Shown piece after piece: positions 9,221 through 19,895 of a stretch of DNA of 64,000 nt; position 1 is the stretch's first letter; each line of letters starts with the position of its first letter. A model generated the notes under the pieces. It saw only the letters and a list, made by a program, of their open reading frames with translations. It was not told the DNA's origin and did no database searches. Location: NCBI GenBank assembly GCA_965205015.1, contig OZ242029.1:416001-480000 (forward strand), in the 5' to 3' direction. The stretch comes from Candidatus Poribacteria bacterium (GTDB lineage Bacteria; Poribacteria; WGA-4E; WGA-3G). The position numbers and the translations under genes are program-made.

Positions 9221-10180
9221 ATGCGAAAAAAACATCTGTTTGTTTTATGTGTCCTAAGTATCGTCATGTTATGCGCAAACGTTTGTTCGGTCTTTGCCAA
9301 AGCACCCGACACACCGAAAATCGTCTTTACTGGGTGGCGCGGCGACAATCGGGACATCTATCTGATGAATCCGGATGGAAGTGAGCAGGTCAACATTACC
9401 AATCACCGCGCAGATGATGTCTCTCCCATCTGGTCTCCGACAGGCGAACACATCCTTTTCGCCTCTGATCGAGATGGTCCCCGCGACCTGTATTTGATGA
9501 ATCCTGATGGTTCCAATGTGCGGCGCGTTTTTGGGAAATCGGCAACGAGGGGAGGACCGGCCTGGGGTCCCGATGAAAAACAGATCGCCTATGATCACGG
9601 ACCCCCTGGGAACAGGTTCATCTACACCGGAACAATAGACGGTAAGAAAGAAGAACGCATGGCAATTGGAGCACGTCCAACCTGGTCTCCCGACGGCACG
9701 GCAATCGTCTTTACCAGCGGCGCCTTGGGCGAACCGTGGCGCTTCAGTTTACTCAACGTCAAAACGAAAAGGCTAACGTTCTTCCCTTTCCCCAAGGAAC
9801 CCATGTTTGTTCGGGGTCCCGCATGGTCCCCAAGTGGCGACAAACTCGCCTTCTCCTGGCACATTGATGGCTTCAGAGAAGAGGCAATCTACATTGTGAA
9901 CCGAGATGGGACAGATCCGCAAGAAATCGTGGGCGACATTACAACGAGGGCTTCTGATCCGACCTGGTCCCCCGATGGTACCGCACTCCTTTATACACAA
10001 CTTGTTAACAAGAATTTACACATCTTCAAAGTCGCATTGGACGGTGGGAAGCCGGTCCAACTCACCCACGACGGATGGAATTATATGGGCGGTTGGTTTG
10101 ATCCGGCGTATGCCTTGCCCGTCTCACCACAACCACAATTGCTAACAACCCAATGGGGAAACGTAAAGAAAGGAAACTAA
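9221..10180 (+). CDS. secreted TolB-like (PD40) beta-propeller with TWG tail
   Basis: signal peptide; PxWSPDG repeats; ends VSPQPQLLTTQWGNVKKGN. Confidence 0.9.
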   Translation: MRKKHLFVLCVLSIVMLCANVCSVFAKAPDTPKIVFTGWRGDNRDIYLMNPDGSEQVNITNHRADDVSPIWSPTGEHILFASDRDGPRDLYLMNPDGSNVRRVFGKSATRGGPAWGPDEKQIAYDHGPPGNRFIYTGTIDGKKEERMAIGARPTWSPDGTAIVFTSGALGEPWRFSLLNVKTKRLTFFPFPKEPMFVRGPAWSPSGDKLAFSWHIDGFREEAIYIVNRDGTDPQEIVGDITTRASDPTWSPDGTALLYTQLVNKNLHIFKVALDGGKPVQLTHDGWNYMGGWFDPAYALPVSPQPQLLTTQWGNVKKGN

Positions 10181-10205
10181 AGCAGGATTTTTGGAGAAAT
10201 ATATA

Positions 10206-11183
10206 ATGCGAACTCAGTATCTATTTGTTCTATCTGTGCTAAGTGCGGTTCTGTCATGCGTAAGCGTCTGTCCAGTTCTTGCCAAAGCACCCAATACGGC
10301 AAAAATTGCATTCGCGTCATCTCGTGATGGAAATCGTGAAATCTATCTGATGAATCCGGATGGAAGTGAGCAGGTTAATATCACCAATCATCGCGCAAAC
10401 GATATTTATGCAGTTTGGTCGCCAACAGGTGAACACATTCTTTTCGTCTCTGATCGTGAGCAGAAGGAGAAGGGATGGGGGAATTGGGATTTGTATCTCA
10501 TGGAACCAGATGGCTCTAATGTACAAAAGGTGTTTGACAAATGGAAGATACGAGCAAATCCCACATGGTCTCCCGATGGCAAACGATTTGCCTACAGTTA
10601 TGGAGAAATTGGAAACAATTTGCTCTATATTGGCACAATCGATGGAAAAGAGGAAGAGCGTGTGGCGATTGGTTACTCACCGGCATGGTCTCCAGATGGC
10701 ACGCAAATCATCTTTCGCAGCGGTGCCTTGGACAAACCGAGACGTTTCAGTCTACTCCATGTCAAAACGAAAAGACAAACATTCTTCCCTTTCCCCAAGG
10801 AACCAAAATGGGTTCGGGGTCCCGCATGGTCCCCAAGTGGCGATAAACTCGCTTTCTCCTGGCACATTGATGGCTTCAGGGAAGAGGCAATCTACATTGT
10901 GAATCGCGATGGCACAGATCCCCAAGAGATCGTGGGGGCTCTTACAACACGGGCTGGCAGCCCGATCTGGTCTCCAGATGGCACAGAACTCCTATATACA
11001 CAATTTGTTAACAAGAATTTACACATCTTCAAAGTCGCCTTGGACGGCGGGAAACCGGTCCAACTCACCCACGAAGGATGGAATTATAGGGGTAGTTGGT
11101 TTGATCCGGCGTATGCCTTGCCCGTCTCACCACAACCACAGTTGCTAACGACGACGTGGGGAGACGTGAAAAAAGGAAACTGA
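10206..11183 (+). CDS. secreted TolB-like (PD40) beta-propeller with TWG tail
   Basis: GGAGA RBS; signal peptide; 3' part nearly identical to 9221-10180; ends VSPQPQLLTTTWGDVKKGN. Confidence 0.9.
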   Translation: MRTQYLFVLSVLSAVLSCVSVCPVLAKAPNTAKIAFASSRDGNREIYLMNPDGSEQVNITNHRANDIYAVWSPTGEHILFVSDREQKEKGWGNWDLYLMEPDGSNVQKVFDKWKIRANPTWSPDGKRFAYSYGEIGNNLLYIGTIDGKEEERVAIGYSPAWSPDGTQIIFRSGALDKPRRFSLLHVKTKRQTFFPFPKEPKWVRGPAWSPSGDKLAFSWHIDGFREEAIYIVNRDGTDPQEIVGALTTRAGSPIWSPDGTELLYTQFVNKNLHIFKVALDGGKPVQLTHEGWNYRGSWFDPAYALPVSPQPQLLTTTWGDVKKGN

Positions 11184-11196
11184 CATAAGTCTCCAG

Positions 11197-12660
11197 TCAG
11201 CCTGATGGGATCAACTTCCGCAACGTCTGAATCAGTGTGCTTTCTGAGAACCATTTACCTGCCACACGCCACACACTGCTTGAAAACGTCGGGTACACAT
11301 GGATCATCCCGCTCAATTTCCGCAACGGAATTCCTTCTTGCATCGCCAGGATATACTCGTGAATGACCTCACCGGCGTTTGCACCGACGAGATGAACCCC
11401 TAATATCTTTCCAGTCCACCGACTCGCGATGACTTTGCTGAAACCGTGTGTCTCGCCTTCCGCGACGGCTCTGTCAACATCCCCTTGGTCCAGTGTGAAC
11501 ACATCAACGTCCCCATACTTCTCGCGCGCTTCCGCTTCTGTTAATCCGCAACGCGCAACTTCAGGATCACAGAAGGTTGTCCACGGTACGACGGCATAGT
11601 TAATCGTTTGAGAGAGCGGGAAGAAGATATTTCGGAGGAGCAGCTGCGCCTGAAACGCCGCAACGTGCGTGAATAGATAATGTCCGATCACATCGCCTGC
11701 AGCATAGATATTTTTCACGCTTGTTTGAAGTTTACTGTTCACCTCAATCCCACGTGTGCCGATCTGCACTCCGATTTTGTCAAGTGCTAAACCCTCAACG
11801 TTCGGTGCGCGTCCCGCGGCAATCAAAATGTTATCAAAAGACTGCACTACAGTTCCATTTTCACTATCGCTAAACGCGACAGTTGTGCCTTCCTGATTTT
11901 TCACAACGCCTGCGATACCCGTATTCAGTCGGATCGTGATCCCTTCCTCGCGGAGGTAACGCAGCATCTGTTCAGAAACATCGGCATCCTCTTTCGTCAG
12001 AATGCGTTCACTCCGTTGCGCTATCGTCACATCCGCACCGAGGCGATGAAACGCTTGTCCGAGTTCAATACCGATTGGACCCGCACCTACAACGAGCAGC
12101 CGGTTCGGGAACGCTTCAAGATCCCAGACGTTTTCACTGTCAAGATAGCCACAAGATTCTAAACCCGGTATAGGCGGGGCAACGGGACGGGACCCCGTGC
12201 TAATCACGAATTTCTTGCTTTTGAGGGTGCGGGTCTGACCGCTTTCAGTATCCTCCACAACAAAACTCTCAGCGGACTCAAAATGCCCGTTGCCGAAGAT
12301 AACATCAACCCCCATCTCACGGAATCGCTCAGGGTTGTCGTGTTCCTCCTCTATGGCATGTTGGGTACTTCTCACATACGCCATCACACGTTGCCAATCA
12401 GGCGGTGTCGAGGTGCCTGCAATGCCGTATTTCTCAGCGTCTTTGACGTAATTCGCGACCTTCGCTGCCTTCAGGAGTGCTTTGGAAGGCACGCATCCCG
12501 TCCAGAGGCAGTCACCCCCGATACGGTGTTTCTCCACGAGCGCGGTCTTTTTACCCAATTTTGCGCCCGCCACCGCAAGCACGAGTCCGGCACTTCCGCC
12601 GCCGATAATTGTTACATCATTCTTTAATTTTTCCTTGCGGAGTAATTGCGTAGGTTTCAT
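11197..12660 (-). CDS. pyridine nucleotide-disulfide oxidoreductase (dihydrolipoamide dehydrogenase/mercuric reductase-like family)
   Basis: IIGGGSAG FAD motif, GGDCLWTGCVPSK redox disulfide, VVGAGPIG, HVYPT; start uncertain (12660 or 12678). Confidence 0.85.
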   Translation of the reverse strand: MKPTQLLRKEKLKNDVTIIGGGSAGLVLAVAGAKLGKKTALVEKHRIGGDCLWTGCVPSKALLKAAKVANYVKDAEKYGIAGTSTPPDWQRVMAYVRSTQHAIEEEHDNPERFREMGVDVIFGNGHFESAESFVVEDTESGQTRTLKSKKFVISTGSRPVAPPIPGLESCGYLDSENVWDLEAFPNRLLVVGAGPIGIELGQAFHRLGADVTIAQRSERILTKEDADVSEQMLRYLREEGITIRLNTGIAGVVKNQEGTTVAFSDSENGTVVQSFDNILIAAGRAPNVEGLALDKIGVQIGTRGIEVNSKLQTSVKNIYAAGDVIGHYLFTHVAAFQAQLLLRNIFFPLSQTINYAVVPWTTFCDPEVARCGLTEAEAREKYGDVDVFTLDQGDVDRAVAEGETHGFSKVIASRWTGKILGVHLVGANAGEVIHEYILAMQEGIPLRKLSGMIHVYPTFSSSVWRVAGKWFSESTLIQTLRKLIPSG

Positions 12661-12787
12661 GCTTGAATTGCCTTCCATCTATTCGCCCTCCAAATGTAAA
12701 GCAAAGACAAATTATGCCATTTAAGGCATAATTTCATTACGGGCTAGGGTTTCGCAGGAATGCCCAGACTAACAGTCTATGCTACGC

Positions 12788-14335
12788 CTAGCGGCGGTGG
12801 CGCAGAACTCTACCGGGGAGCTGCCCCGTCACGTCCCCATTTTCAACAACCGAAACGCCGTTGACGAACACATAGTTTACACCGACGGGAGATTGCACCG
12901 GATCGAACCACGTAGACCTATCTGCGACAGTCGCCGGATCGAAGACGACGATATCCGCCGCAAGTCCTCGATCAATTCTGCCGCGATCGGAGAGTCGAAA
13001 ACGCTCCGCTGGAAAACCGCTCATTTTATAGACGGCTTCTTTCAACGAAATCAACCGGCGTTCGCGAACGAATTTGCCCAGATATTGCACGAAGCATCCG
13101 TAACTCCGTGGATGTGGATGCGGAATGTTGTAGACACCGTCGCTGGCAATCATCATGCGCGGATGGCTCGCAGTACGGTTCAAAATGCGTTCGTTTTCTT
13201 CGGGCGGGGTTGCCCACGGCATCACAAAGGTTTCAATCGCGGCTTCTTCTTGAATGAAATCGAAGGCGAACGCTTCCTGCGACTTCCCTTCGCTTGCAGC
13301 AGCTTCGGCGAGCGTCATCCCGATAAATCTACCCGACCGGTTGTAACCCACGATCTGGTTGCCGTCGCGCAATTCACCGCGCAGATATGCGATCGATTTT
13401 TCTCGGACTTCGGGGTCCTGTAGATGTGCCAACATATCAACGGGTGCGCCGGTCTGATATTCCATCGGGAGCATCATGGCGAGATGCGTCATACCGGCAG
13501 GATAGAGATAGGACTCAAACGTCAAATCTATCTGTTCCCTCTCTACCCGTTCAAGCACGTCCGCGGCTTCATCGTCAACGCGCTCGTGCGAAATATGCAC
13601 AGGAATTTCGGCACGTTGCGCAATCTCGATCGTCTCCTCCCACGCCTGTTTTCTGCCGAGAATGCGGTAGCGGATGTGCGCAGCGTAGATGGCATCATAA
13701 GCCGCCGCAATTTTTGAGAGATACACCAGTTCGTGCAAATCGGCATTCGCGGAGGGTTGATAGTCGAGTCCCAAGCAGAGACAACACGCACCCGCCTCCA
13801 ACCATTCACGCGTTGTGCGTTCCATCACTTTCAACGCATCGGCAGTTGCTGGGCGCGGATCCCATCCCATCGCACCGAGGCGAACCGCACAATGCGGCAC
13901 CTGTGGATAGAGGTTCGCCGGGATTCGTCCTTCAAATATGCTGAGATATTCATCTGGTGTTTGCCAATTGAGTGGGACCTCCGCATCGCCATAAGCAAAT
14001 TGCGTGTAGTGCCACATCTCTTGTGCCTGTTCTGGTGATAAAGGTGCCCATCCGAAACCATCCGGCGCGGCTAAATGCGTCGTCACACCTTGACTGACAG
14101 CGGCGAACTGGTCTCGACCGCCGAGCAGAGCGATTTCAGAATGCACGTGCACATCGACGAAACCCGGGCAGACAACCTGTCGCTCCGCAGAAATTCGACG
14201 CGGTGTCTCCGCTTCCGAGAGGTCCCCGATGGCGGCAATCCGGTCACCCTGAATGCCGACGTCCGCGATAAAGGGGTCCCGCTTACCCGTTCCGTCAACG
14301 ATGTTCCCGCCTGCAATAATTGTATCAAATCTCAT
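12788..14335 (-). CDS. N-acyl-D-amino-acid deacylase (amidohydrolase)
   Basis: PGFVDVHVHS, HPHPRSYGCF, ADIVVFDP motifs. Confidence 0.88.
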   Translation of the reverse strand: MRFDTIIAGGNIVDGTGKRDPFIADVGIQGDRIAAIGDLSEAETPRRISAERQVVCPGFVDVHVHSEIALLGGRDQFAAVSQGVTTHLAAPDGFGWAPLSPEQAQEMWHYTQFAYGDAEVPLNWQTPDEYLSIFEGRIPANLYPQVPHCAVRLGAMGWDPRPATADALKVMERTTREWLEAGACCLCLGLDYQPSANADLHELVYLSKIAAAYDAIYAAHIRYRILGRKQAWEETIEIAQRAEIPVHISHERVDDEAADVLERVEREQIDLTFESYLYPAGMTHLAMMLPMEYQTGAPVDMLAHLQDPEVREKSIAYLRGELRDGNQIVGYNRSGRFIGMTLAEAAASEGKSQEAFAFDFIQEEAAIETFVMPWATPPEENERILNRTASHPRMMIASDGVYNIPHPHPRSYGCFVQYLGKFVRERRLISLKEAVYKMSGFPAERFRLSDRGRIDRGLAADIVVFDPATVADRSTWFDPVQSPVGVNYVFVNGVSVVENGDVTGQLPGRVLRHRR

Positions 14336-14443
14336 TTTTTAAATTTTCCTTGCGGTTCGGTCAGGTCGGTTCTATGTTTGAAGTGCCTTTTCGTTTATCC
14401 ACCTGCGCCGTTGTTGCAGGTTTCGTTTTCGTGTTAATTTTCA
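14336..14443 (-). repeat. ~110-nt dispersed leader repeat (other copies 28564-28673 +, partial 12623-12688 -)
   Basis: TGAAAATTA..CGAAAAC.AA.CC.GCAACAACGGCGC.GG..AAGGCAC.TCAAACAT..AACC..CCGCAAGG.AAA.TTAAA shared between copies. Confidence 0.75.
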
Positions 14444-14537
14444 AACTGAAAAGACTCGCTTTCTTATCTATCCTAAGGGTACTTCTCCATTATTGCCACA
14501 ATCTATCACGAAAAAAGAGATATGTCAACACAGACAC

Positions 14538-15884
14538 CAGGGGTATTTAGTTTTAAGTTTTGTCACTGTATGAGTTTAACTGCGAGTTTAGGTTTTGCAG
14601 CGAAAAATCGCAGTGTTTCCGCAATTTTTGTGTGTCCGTCAAAGCGTAAGAGAGCCAGGGCAGTGTTGCGTAGGGCAGCCATGACTTGTGGGAGTCTCCC
14701 TGTTCTTGCTTGTGAAGCGTCCTCCCCGAGGACGACATCTCGCACCCAATGGACTTTGTTTTCTATCGTCCAGTGTTGGCGTCGGAGTTTGAGCAAAGTT
14801 TCTGCGGATGCGTCTTGTGGTGTAAGACTCGTGATGCCATACTGCGTCTGGTAGGTAGTCTCGCCTGTTTTGGTATTCTCCCGCTTGGATTGGTATTGAT
14901 ACACTTGTGCGAGTCCTGGCCAGTTGATATAATCCGTCAAGAGTGTGCTTGCTGTTAGCGTGCGTGTGGTGATAAACCCGTGTGATGTTTCAACGTCTGT
15001 GTGGGTATCAAGGTGTGCGTCTGCCTCGGTGTGTAGGTTCTGAAACCGTCGTGCTTGGACGTGTGGTGTGTCTGTCTCCGAAAGCGGTTCAAAGAGTTCG
15101 CGAATGTCGTGATACATCTGTTTGTGATTCTCTTTGACGGGCATTGCATAGTTTGCGTGATATTTGAGAACCTCTTTACAAAAGGTTCTTTGGGTCAAAA
15201 GTGCATCTGTTGTTATGACTTTCCCGGTGACATCAAAGGTTTTCAGAAGTTGCGTTGAGATGGGGATCTCATTTGTTTTTCCACTGACAGCCCGCTGTGT
15301 AAGGGTAATCCCTAACTCATGAGAGACAGCGGAGAGTAAATGTGTGCGGTATCGGGTTTCTGGGTCTTTGGAGCCACATAACTCTTTGCCATCTATCGCC
15401 ACCCCTTGTAAATCCTGTGTTTTCAAAACTTGAAGACTTTCAAGTTTTGAAAACACCCATTTCGTGAGTAAGGCTTCGAGACTCACGACGTCAAGACGCT
15501 TCAAAAGATTATGAAGCGTTCCAGCACACGGGGTCTTCTCTGATTTGAAACCTAACGCTTTTGCCAGGGCCCCTTGATGCCGTGCCCAAGTCGCTATAGA
15601 CGTATACCCTTTATGATTCGACATTACACCGATGACGAGCAGCGCAAGGATAGACCCCAAGTTGTAGCGTTTCCCTTTTTTATGGCGTGGATCCGGAACT
15701 TCTGCTAATATGTCAAGTAAGTGGCAAGAGGAACTTCTTGTCATGATTCACCTCAAAAAATGTGATGGTTTTTTACGGTGAAGTATAGCAGATACAGCGG
15801 GAAAAGTCACGCTGTATCTGTTTATTTTATAATATTAACAGATGTGAAAAATATTACGAAAAAACCGAAAACTGAATACCCCTG
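14538..15884 (-). mobile_element. ISAs1-family insertion sequence
   Basis: 17-bp TIRs CAGGGGTATTTAGTTTT / AAAACTGAATACCCCTG (16/17 match); 10-bp target duplication ACACAGACAC at 14528-14537 and 15885-15894. Confidence 0.95.
14563..15744 (-). CDS. ISAs1-family DDE transposase
   Basis: VPDPR, AIDGK, KTNEIP, TTDAL, VKENH, RQHWTIENKVHWVRDV motifs. Confidence 0.93.
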   Translation of the reverse strand: MTRSSSCHLLDILAEVPDPRHKKGKRYNLGSILALLVIGVMSNHKGYTSIATWARHQGALAKALGFKSEKTPCAGTLHNLLKRLDVVSLEALLTKWVFSKLESLQVLKTQDLQGVAIDGKELCGSKDPETRYRTHLLSAVSHELGITLTQRAVSGKTNEIPISTQLLKTFDVTGKVITTDALLTQRTFCKEVLKYHANYAMPVKENHKQMYHDIRELFEPLSETDTPHVQARRFQNLHTEADAHLDTHTDVETSHGFITTRTLTASTLLTDYINWPGLAQVYQYQSKRENTKTGETTYQTQYGITSLTPQDASAETLLKLRRQHWTIENKVHWVRDVVLGEDASQARTGRLPQVMAALRNTALALLRFDGHTKIAETLRFFAAKPKLAVKLIQ

Positions 15885-15953
15885 ACACAGACACCTAAGG
15901 AATAAGAGGCGGGAATCGGAGTTCCCCTCCTACAGAAGCGTCCTAATTTTCCT

Positions 15954-15982
15954 TTGACAAAAAAACCGAGGACGGATATAAT
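15954..15982 (+). promoter_or_regulatory. sigma70 promoter
   Basis: TTGACA-N17-TATAAT. Confidence 0.8.
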
Positions 15983-16048
15983 GTGAATTGATATTTATAG
16001 CAAATTCATCAACTGGGACCATCCCACCCCAAGATAGGAGAAGAATCC

Positions 16049-16543
16049 GTGCGTCAAGCCCATACTTTCATCAAGACCCTTCTCACAACGCCATATCCCA
16101 CATTCGGGATAGTTCTACTGTCGCTGACGCTTGTCGTGAGCGGTTGTAGTGAAACCGATTCCGGCGGAAGTGGACTCACCGATGTAGGACGGGCCGAACC
16201 GATGATTGTAGATTCTGTCTTGGCACTTGCTGTCTTCGAAGACAGACCCGACGGTATCACGACCACCTTTTCCGCTGAGTTCAACGACCAAGTATTTTTG
16301 TGGATTCTGTGGGCTAACATTACAGAACACCACACCGTTAAAGTCTCATGGTTCTCACCGGAAGACGGTATCGAAGATCCGGCTTTCTGGACAGAGACGC
16401 AAACCCTCACATCAACAACCGGCGATAAAATCACGTGGTTTTACATCGACTTGCCAGAACCAGACATTACAGGCGAGTGGTTCGTTGAAATCCACTTAGA
16501 CGAAGATCTTTTTGAACGGAGTCATATTTTCTGGGTGGAATAA
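16049..16543 (+). CDS. putative lipoprotein of unknown function
   Basis: AGGAG RBS; hydrophobic stretch ending VVSG-C lipobox; beta-rich body ending GEWFVEI. Confidence 0.7.
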   Translation: MRQAHTFIKTLLTTPYPTFGIVLLSLTLVVSGCSETDSGGSGLTDVGRAEPMIVDSVLALAVFEDRPDGITTTFSAEFNDQVFLWILWANITEHHTVKVSWFSPEDGIEDPAFWTETQTLTSTTGDKITWFYIDLPEPDITGEWFVEIHLDEDLFERSHIFWVE

Positions 16544-16585
16544 CAAAGGCGATTCCCGACTCACACCCCTGGGAGGAGAAAAGCC

Positions 16586-17671
16586 ATGGATAAACTCAAA
16601 ATCGCGCATATCGGTACTGGCAGACGCGGTGCCGGAACCTACCTTCCCCTTATCTCGAAATTGACGGATGACCTTGAACTCGTCGCCGTTTGTGATCCAC
16701 GCCAAGAGAGCGTTACGGAACAGGGCGAGAAATACAGTGTCCCCGCCTACACGAATACCGAGCAGATGTTGGAAACAGTGAAACCTGACATCTGCGCGAT
16801 TGTAATTACACCGAGCAACAATCACATTCCAGGACTCCTCTGCTCCGAGCGTGGGATTAGCTACTGCACCGAAACACCGATTGACACCGATCTCGGGTGG
16901 GCAGACAAGATGATCGCGTCTGCACAGGCGAACGGTACAAAACTGGAAGTCAATGAAAATTACTACCGCGTCCCTTCGGAACGGATAAAACGGGAGATGA
17001 TTCTCGCGGGGGTTTTCGGGAAAGTCAACGCCGCCTATAACGACTTTCGAGGACACGGTTATCACGGTATCGGGCTCATCCGTAGTTACGTCGGTTTCGA
17101 CAATGAACCCGTTCAAGTTTACGGCTTCCGAAAAGGATACGACGTCCAGGATCACGTCTGGCGGCAGGGACAACCGAAGCGCGATACCGAGGACTGGCAA
17201 CACGCCGTTATCGAATTCGCAGATGGTGCCGTCGGCATCTTCAATTTCAGTAGCCTCTCCTACGGCTCGCCACTGCGCGGTTTTAACGGGTCAAAGTTCT
17301 ACGCAGAACGCGGGATGTGTTTTCGAGACACCGCCGTTATCTTAACCGAACCCGCCGATGAACAGCGCGCGATTAACATCTCACGCAGAACCAATACCGT
17401 CGATGGCTTCGAAACCTTAGTCGCTCTTGTGGCGGATACGGATCCCGAAGTGGTGTGGGAAAATCCGTTGCACAATTATCCACTCAGCGACGGTGAAATC
17501 ACTGTTGCATCCGAGTTGATGAGTCTCGTAAACGCAGTTCGTAACGACACAGAACCTGAATACGGTGCTTACAACGGTCGCAAGGATCGGGAGATCGATG
17601 TCGCCATGGCACGTTCATGGGCAAACAACGGCGCGCCTGTCACTTTCCCCTTTGAATACGAGGCACGCTAA
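16586..17671 (+). CDS. Gfo/Idh/MocA family oxidoreductase
   Basis: IAHIGTGRRG Rossmann fold, LVAVCD, ETP variant of the EKP motif. Confidence 0.85.
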   Translation: MDKLKIAHIGTGRRGAGTYLPLISKLTDDLELVAVCDPRQESVTEQGEKYSVPAYTNTEQMLETVKPDICAIVITPSNNHIPGLLCSERGISYCTETPIDTDLGWADKMIASAQANGTKLEVNENYYRVPSERIKREMILAGVFGKVNAAYNDFRGHGYHGIGLIRSYVGFDNEPVQVYGFRKGYDVQDHVWRQGQPKRDTEDWQHAVIEFADGAVGIFNFSSLSYGSPLRGFNGSKFYAERGMCFRDTAVILTEPADEQRAINISRRTNTVDGFETLVALVADTDPEVVWENPLHNYPLSDGEITVASELMSLVNAVRNDTEPEYGAYNGRKDREIDVAMARSWANNGAPVTFPFEYEAR

Positions 17672-17715
17672 GGGAAACACCCAAGCAAAAACACACCGTT
17701 GTTAGAGAATTTGCC

Positions 17716-17744
17716 TTGCCGTCTGCTGAGAAATCTTGTATACT
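17716..17744 (+). promoter_or_regulatory. sigma70-like promoter
   Basis: TTGCCG-N17-TATACT. Confidence 0.5.
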
Positions 17745-17871
17745 TTAATAATTAAATCTGAACTATGATTTTTACGATTCTCAGACTTACCATGATTATT
17801 GGAGGTCCGACCATTCTATCATCTATCGTGGTAAATCACATAAATCACAAACCTTGGAGGAACCTCCCATT

Positions 17872-18795
17872 TTGAAAAACTTTCGGTTCATTCTCGCCAT
17901 TTTGCTTCTCTTCGGTTTCAGCGCGACGTTGATGGGAAATGAATGGGCGAACTACTACTTTCCAGATGCCCCGGGTAATTACTGGGTTTACGAAGACCAG
18001 AACGGTGACGAACTAACGCGCTACGCAATAGAGCCAGAAGAGATTGATGGCGAATTCTATCGCGCCTTTAGTTACGACCCGGCTTTGGAGGACTGGGCAG
18101 ATTTTGAGCATTACACACACCCCTATTTCTACCAAGTCGGTGCCGACTGGGTGGCGTTTTTCGTTGGCACTGAAATCGAAAACGCCCTCAAGGCAGCAAC
18201 GATGCAACAGATGGAAGAAGCAATGGTGCTGATGCGTCAGGCAATGCAAGATCAGATGCCTGAGGGATTAAACATCACATTTGACTTAGATTACGATATT
18301 GAAGTGGATTCCCAAGACTACTTCTACTTCCTGCCGACCCCCGCCACCTTTGGTGAAGAGTGGACAGCCATAGAAATAAACGTCGTCCTCACGCTGACAA
18401 TCGATTTCCAAGGCATGCCTATAGAGATACCGGGTGGCTCAGCGCAGACTGTTAAAACTTACACAACTCTCGTAGAGACAGGAAACGTCACCGGCACGGA
18501 GACGGTGGAAACGGAAGCTGGCACCTTTGAAGATTGCTTGGTAATTGAATATCGAACAGATGCCTCAACAGAGACTGTTATGTCCGTGGAAGTCCCACAA
18601 GCCCCCGGACCGCAAGAACAGCAAGATGTAACCCTAACAACTATCTGGTTGGCACCGAACGTCGGTATCGTCAAATTTGAACACCAACACGAGGCATCTC
18701 CAGAGAATGAAGAAATGGGGCTGGCAACGCCTGAAGACCAGACACTTGAATTAATCAGTTACGAAATCAAATCCTCAAGTTCGGAGAACGAATGA
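17872..18795 (+). CDS. secreted acidic hypothetical protein
   Basis: GGAGG RBS, TTG start; signal peptide; [23 protein letters not shown] and [10 protein letters not shown] motifs; ATGA overlap with hemB. Confidence 0.7.
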   Translation: MKNFRFILAILLLFGFSATLMGNEWANYYFPDAPGNYWVYEDQNGDELTRYAIEPEEIDGEFYRAFSYDPALEDWADFEHYTHPYFYQVGADWVAFFVGTEIENALKAATMQQMEEAMVLMRQAMQDQMPEGLNITFDLDYDIEVDSQDYFYFLPTPATFGEEWTAIEINVVLTLTIDFQGMPIEIPGGSAQTVKTYTTLVETGNVTGTETVETEAGTFEDCLVIEYRTDASTETVMSVEVPQAPGPQEQQDVTLTTIWLAPNVGIVKFEHQHEASPENEEMGLATPEDQTLELISYEIKSSSSENE

Positions 18796-19769
18796 GCACC
18801 TTCCCTGTCTATCGTCCGAGGCGACTTCGCGCAAATGAGAATTTGCGACGATTGGTTCGCGAGACCACGCTCTCTGCTAATGACCTTATCTACCCGATGT
18901 TTGTCGTTCATGGACATAACACCGCGACCGAAATTTCCGCGATGCCCGGGTGCTATCAATACTCGGTTGATACCCTCGTCATCGCCGCAAAAGAACTCGC
19001 CACGCTTGGAATCCCAGGAACAATTCTGTTCGGAATCCCAGAGGCAAAAGACCCACTCGGTTCTGAGGCATACGCCGACGATGGGATCATCCAACAAGCC
19101 GTTCGAGCCATCAAAGACGCTGTGCCCGATCTGCTCGTCATGACGGATGTGTGTCTCTGCGAATACACCGATCATGGACACTGCGGTGTCGTTGCAGCTG
19201 GCGAAGTACAAAACGATCCGACACTGGAACTCCTCGTTAAGGAGAGCCTGTCGCACGCCCGTGCCGGTGCCGATGTCATCGCACCGTCAGATATGATGGA
19301 CGGTCGCGTCGGCGCAATTCGTGACGCGTTAGATGAAAGCGGTTATGAAAACATCCCGATTATGGCATATTCCGCCAAATACGCCTCCGCCTTCTACGGA
19401 CCCTTTCGGGAAGCGGCGGAATCAACACCCCAATTCGGAGATCGACGTGCCTATCAGATGGATCCAGCCAATGCAGAAGAGGCGTTACGGGAAGTCGCAT
19501 TGGATATCCAAGAGGGCGCGGACGTTCTCATGGTGAAACCCGCCCTCTCCTACCTCGACGTTATCCATCGGGTCAAAACAGAATTTCAGGTGCCTGTTGC
19601 GGCTTACAACGTCAGCGGTGAATACGCTATGATTAAAGCCGCCGCAGAAAACGGTTGGATCGATGAAGAGCGGGTCGCTTTGGAGGTCCTCAACAGCATC
19701 AAGCGCGCAGGGGCGGATATAATTTTAACCTACTTTGCGAAGTCCGTTGTCGAGTGGCTCAACGATTAG
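18792..19769 (+). CDS. hemB: porphobilinogen synthase
   Basis: [48 protein letters not shown]. Confidence 0.97.
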   Translation: MSTFPVYRPRRLRANENLRRLVRETTLSANDLIYPMFVVHGHNTATEISAMPGCYQYSVDTLVIAAKELATLGIPGTILFGIPEAKDPLGSEAYADDGIIQQAVRAIKDAVPDLLVMTDVCLCEYTDHGHCGVVAAGEVQNDPTLELLVKESLSHARAGADVIAPSDMMDGRVGAIRDALDESGYENIPIMAYSAKYASAFYGPFREAAESTPQFGDRRAYQMDPANAEEALREVALDIQEGADVLMVKPALSYLDVIHRVKTEFQVPVAAYNVSGEYAMIKAAAENGWIDEERVALEVLNSIKRAGADIILTYFAKSVVEWLND

Positions 19770-19895
19770 GGTTACGGAACATGGGTTCGACTTAGAACAG
19801 ACTTTTCTCTTTCCGCTCAACCTGGGGAAATCCGCAGAAACACCCAAGCAAAAACACCTACGAAAACTAATAACTGACAACTTTGGAGAAATACT

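Noticed and set aside
4284-11183. Diversity-generating retroelement behind the paralog variation
   Set aside because: No reverse transcriptase in the window, and differences are loop replacements and indels rather than adenine-specific changes.
11197-12678. merA mercury resistance
   Set aside because: No C-terminal Cys-Cys pair, no N-terminal metal-binding domain and no mer operon.
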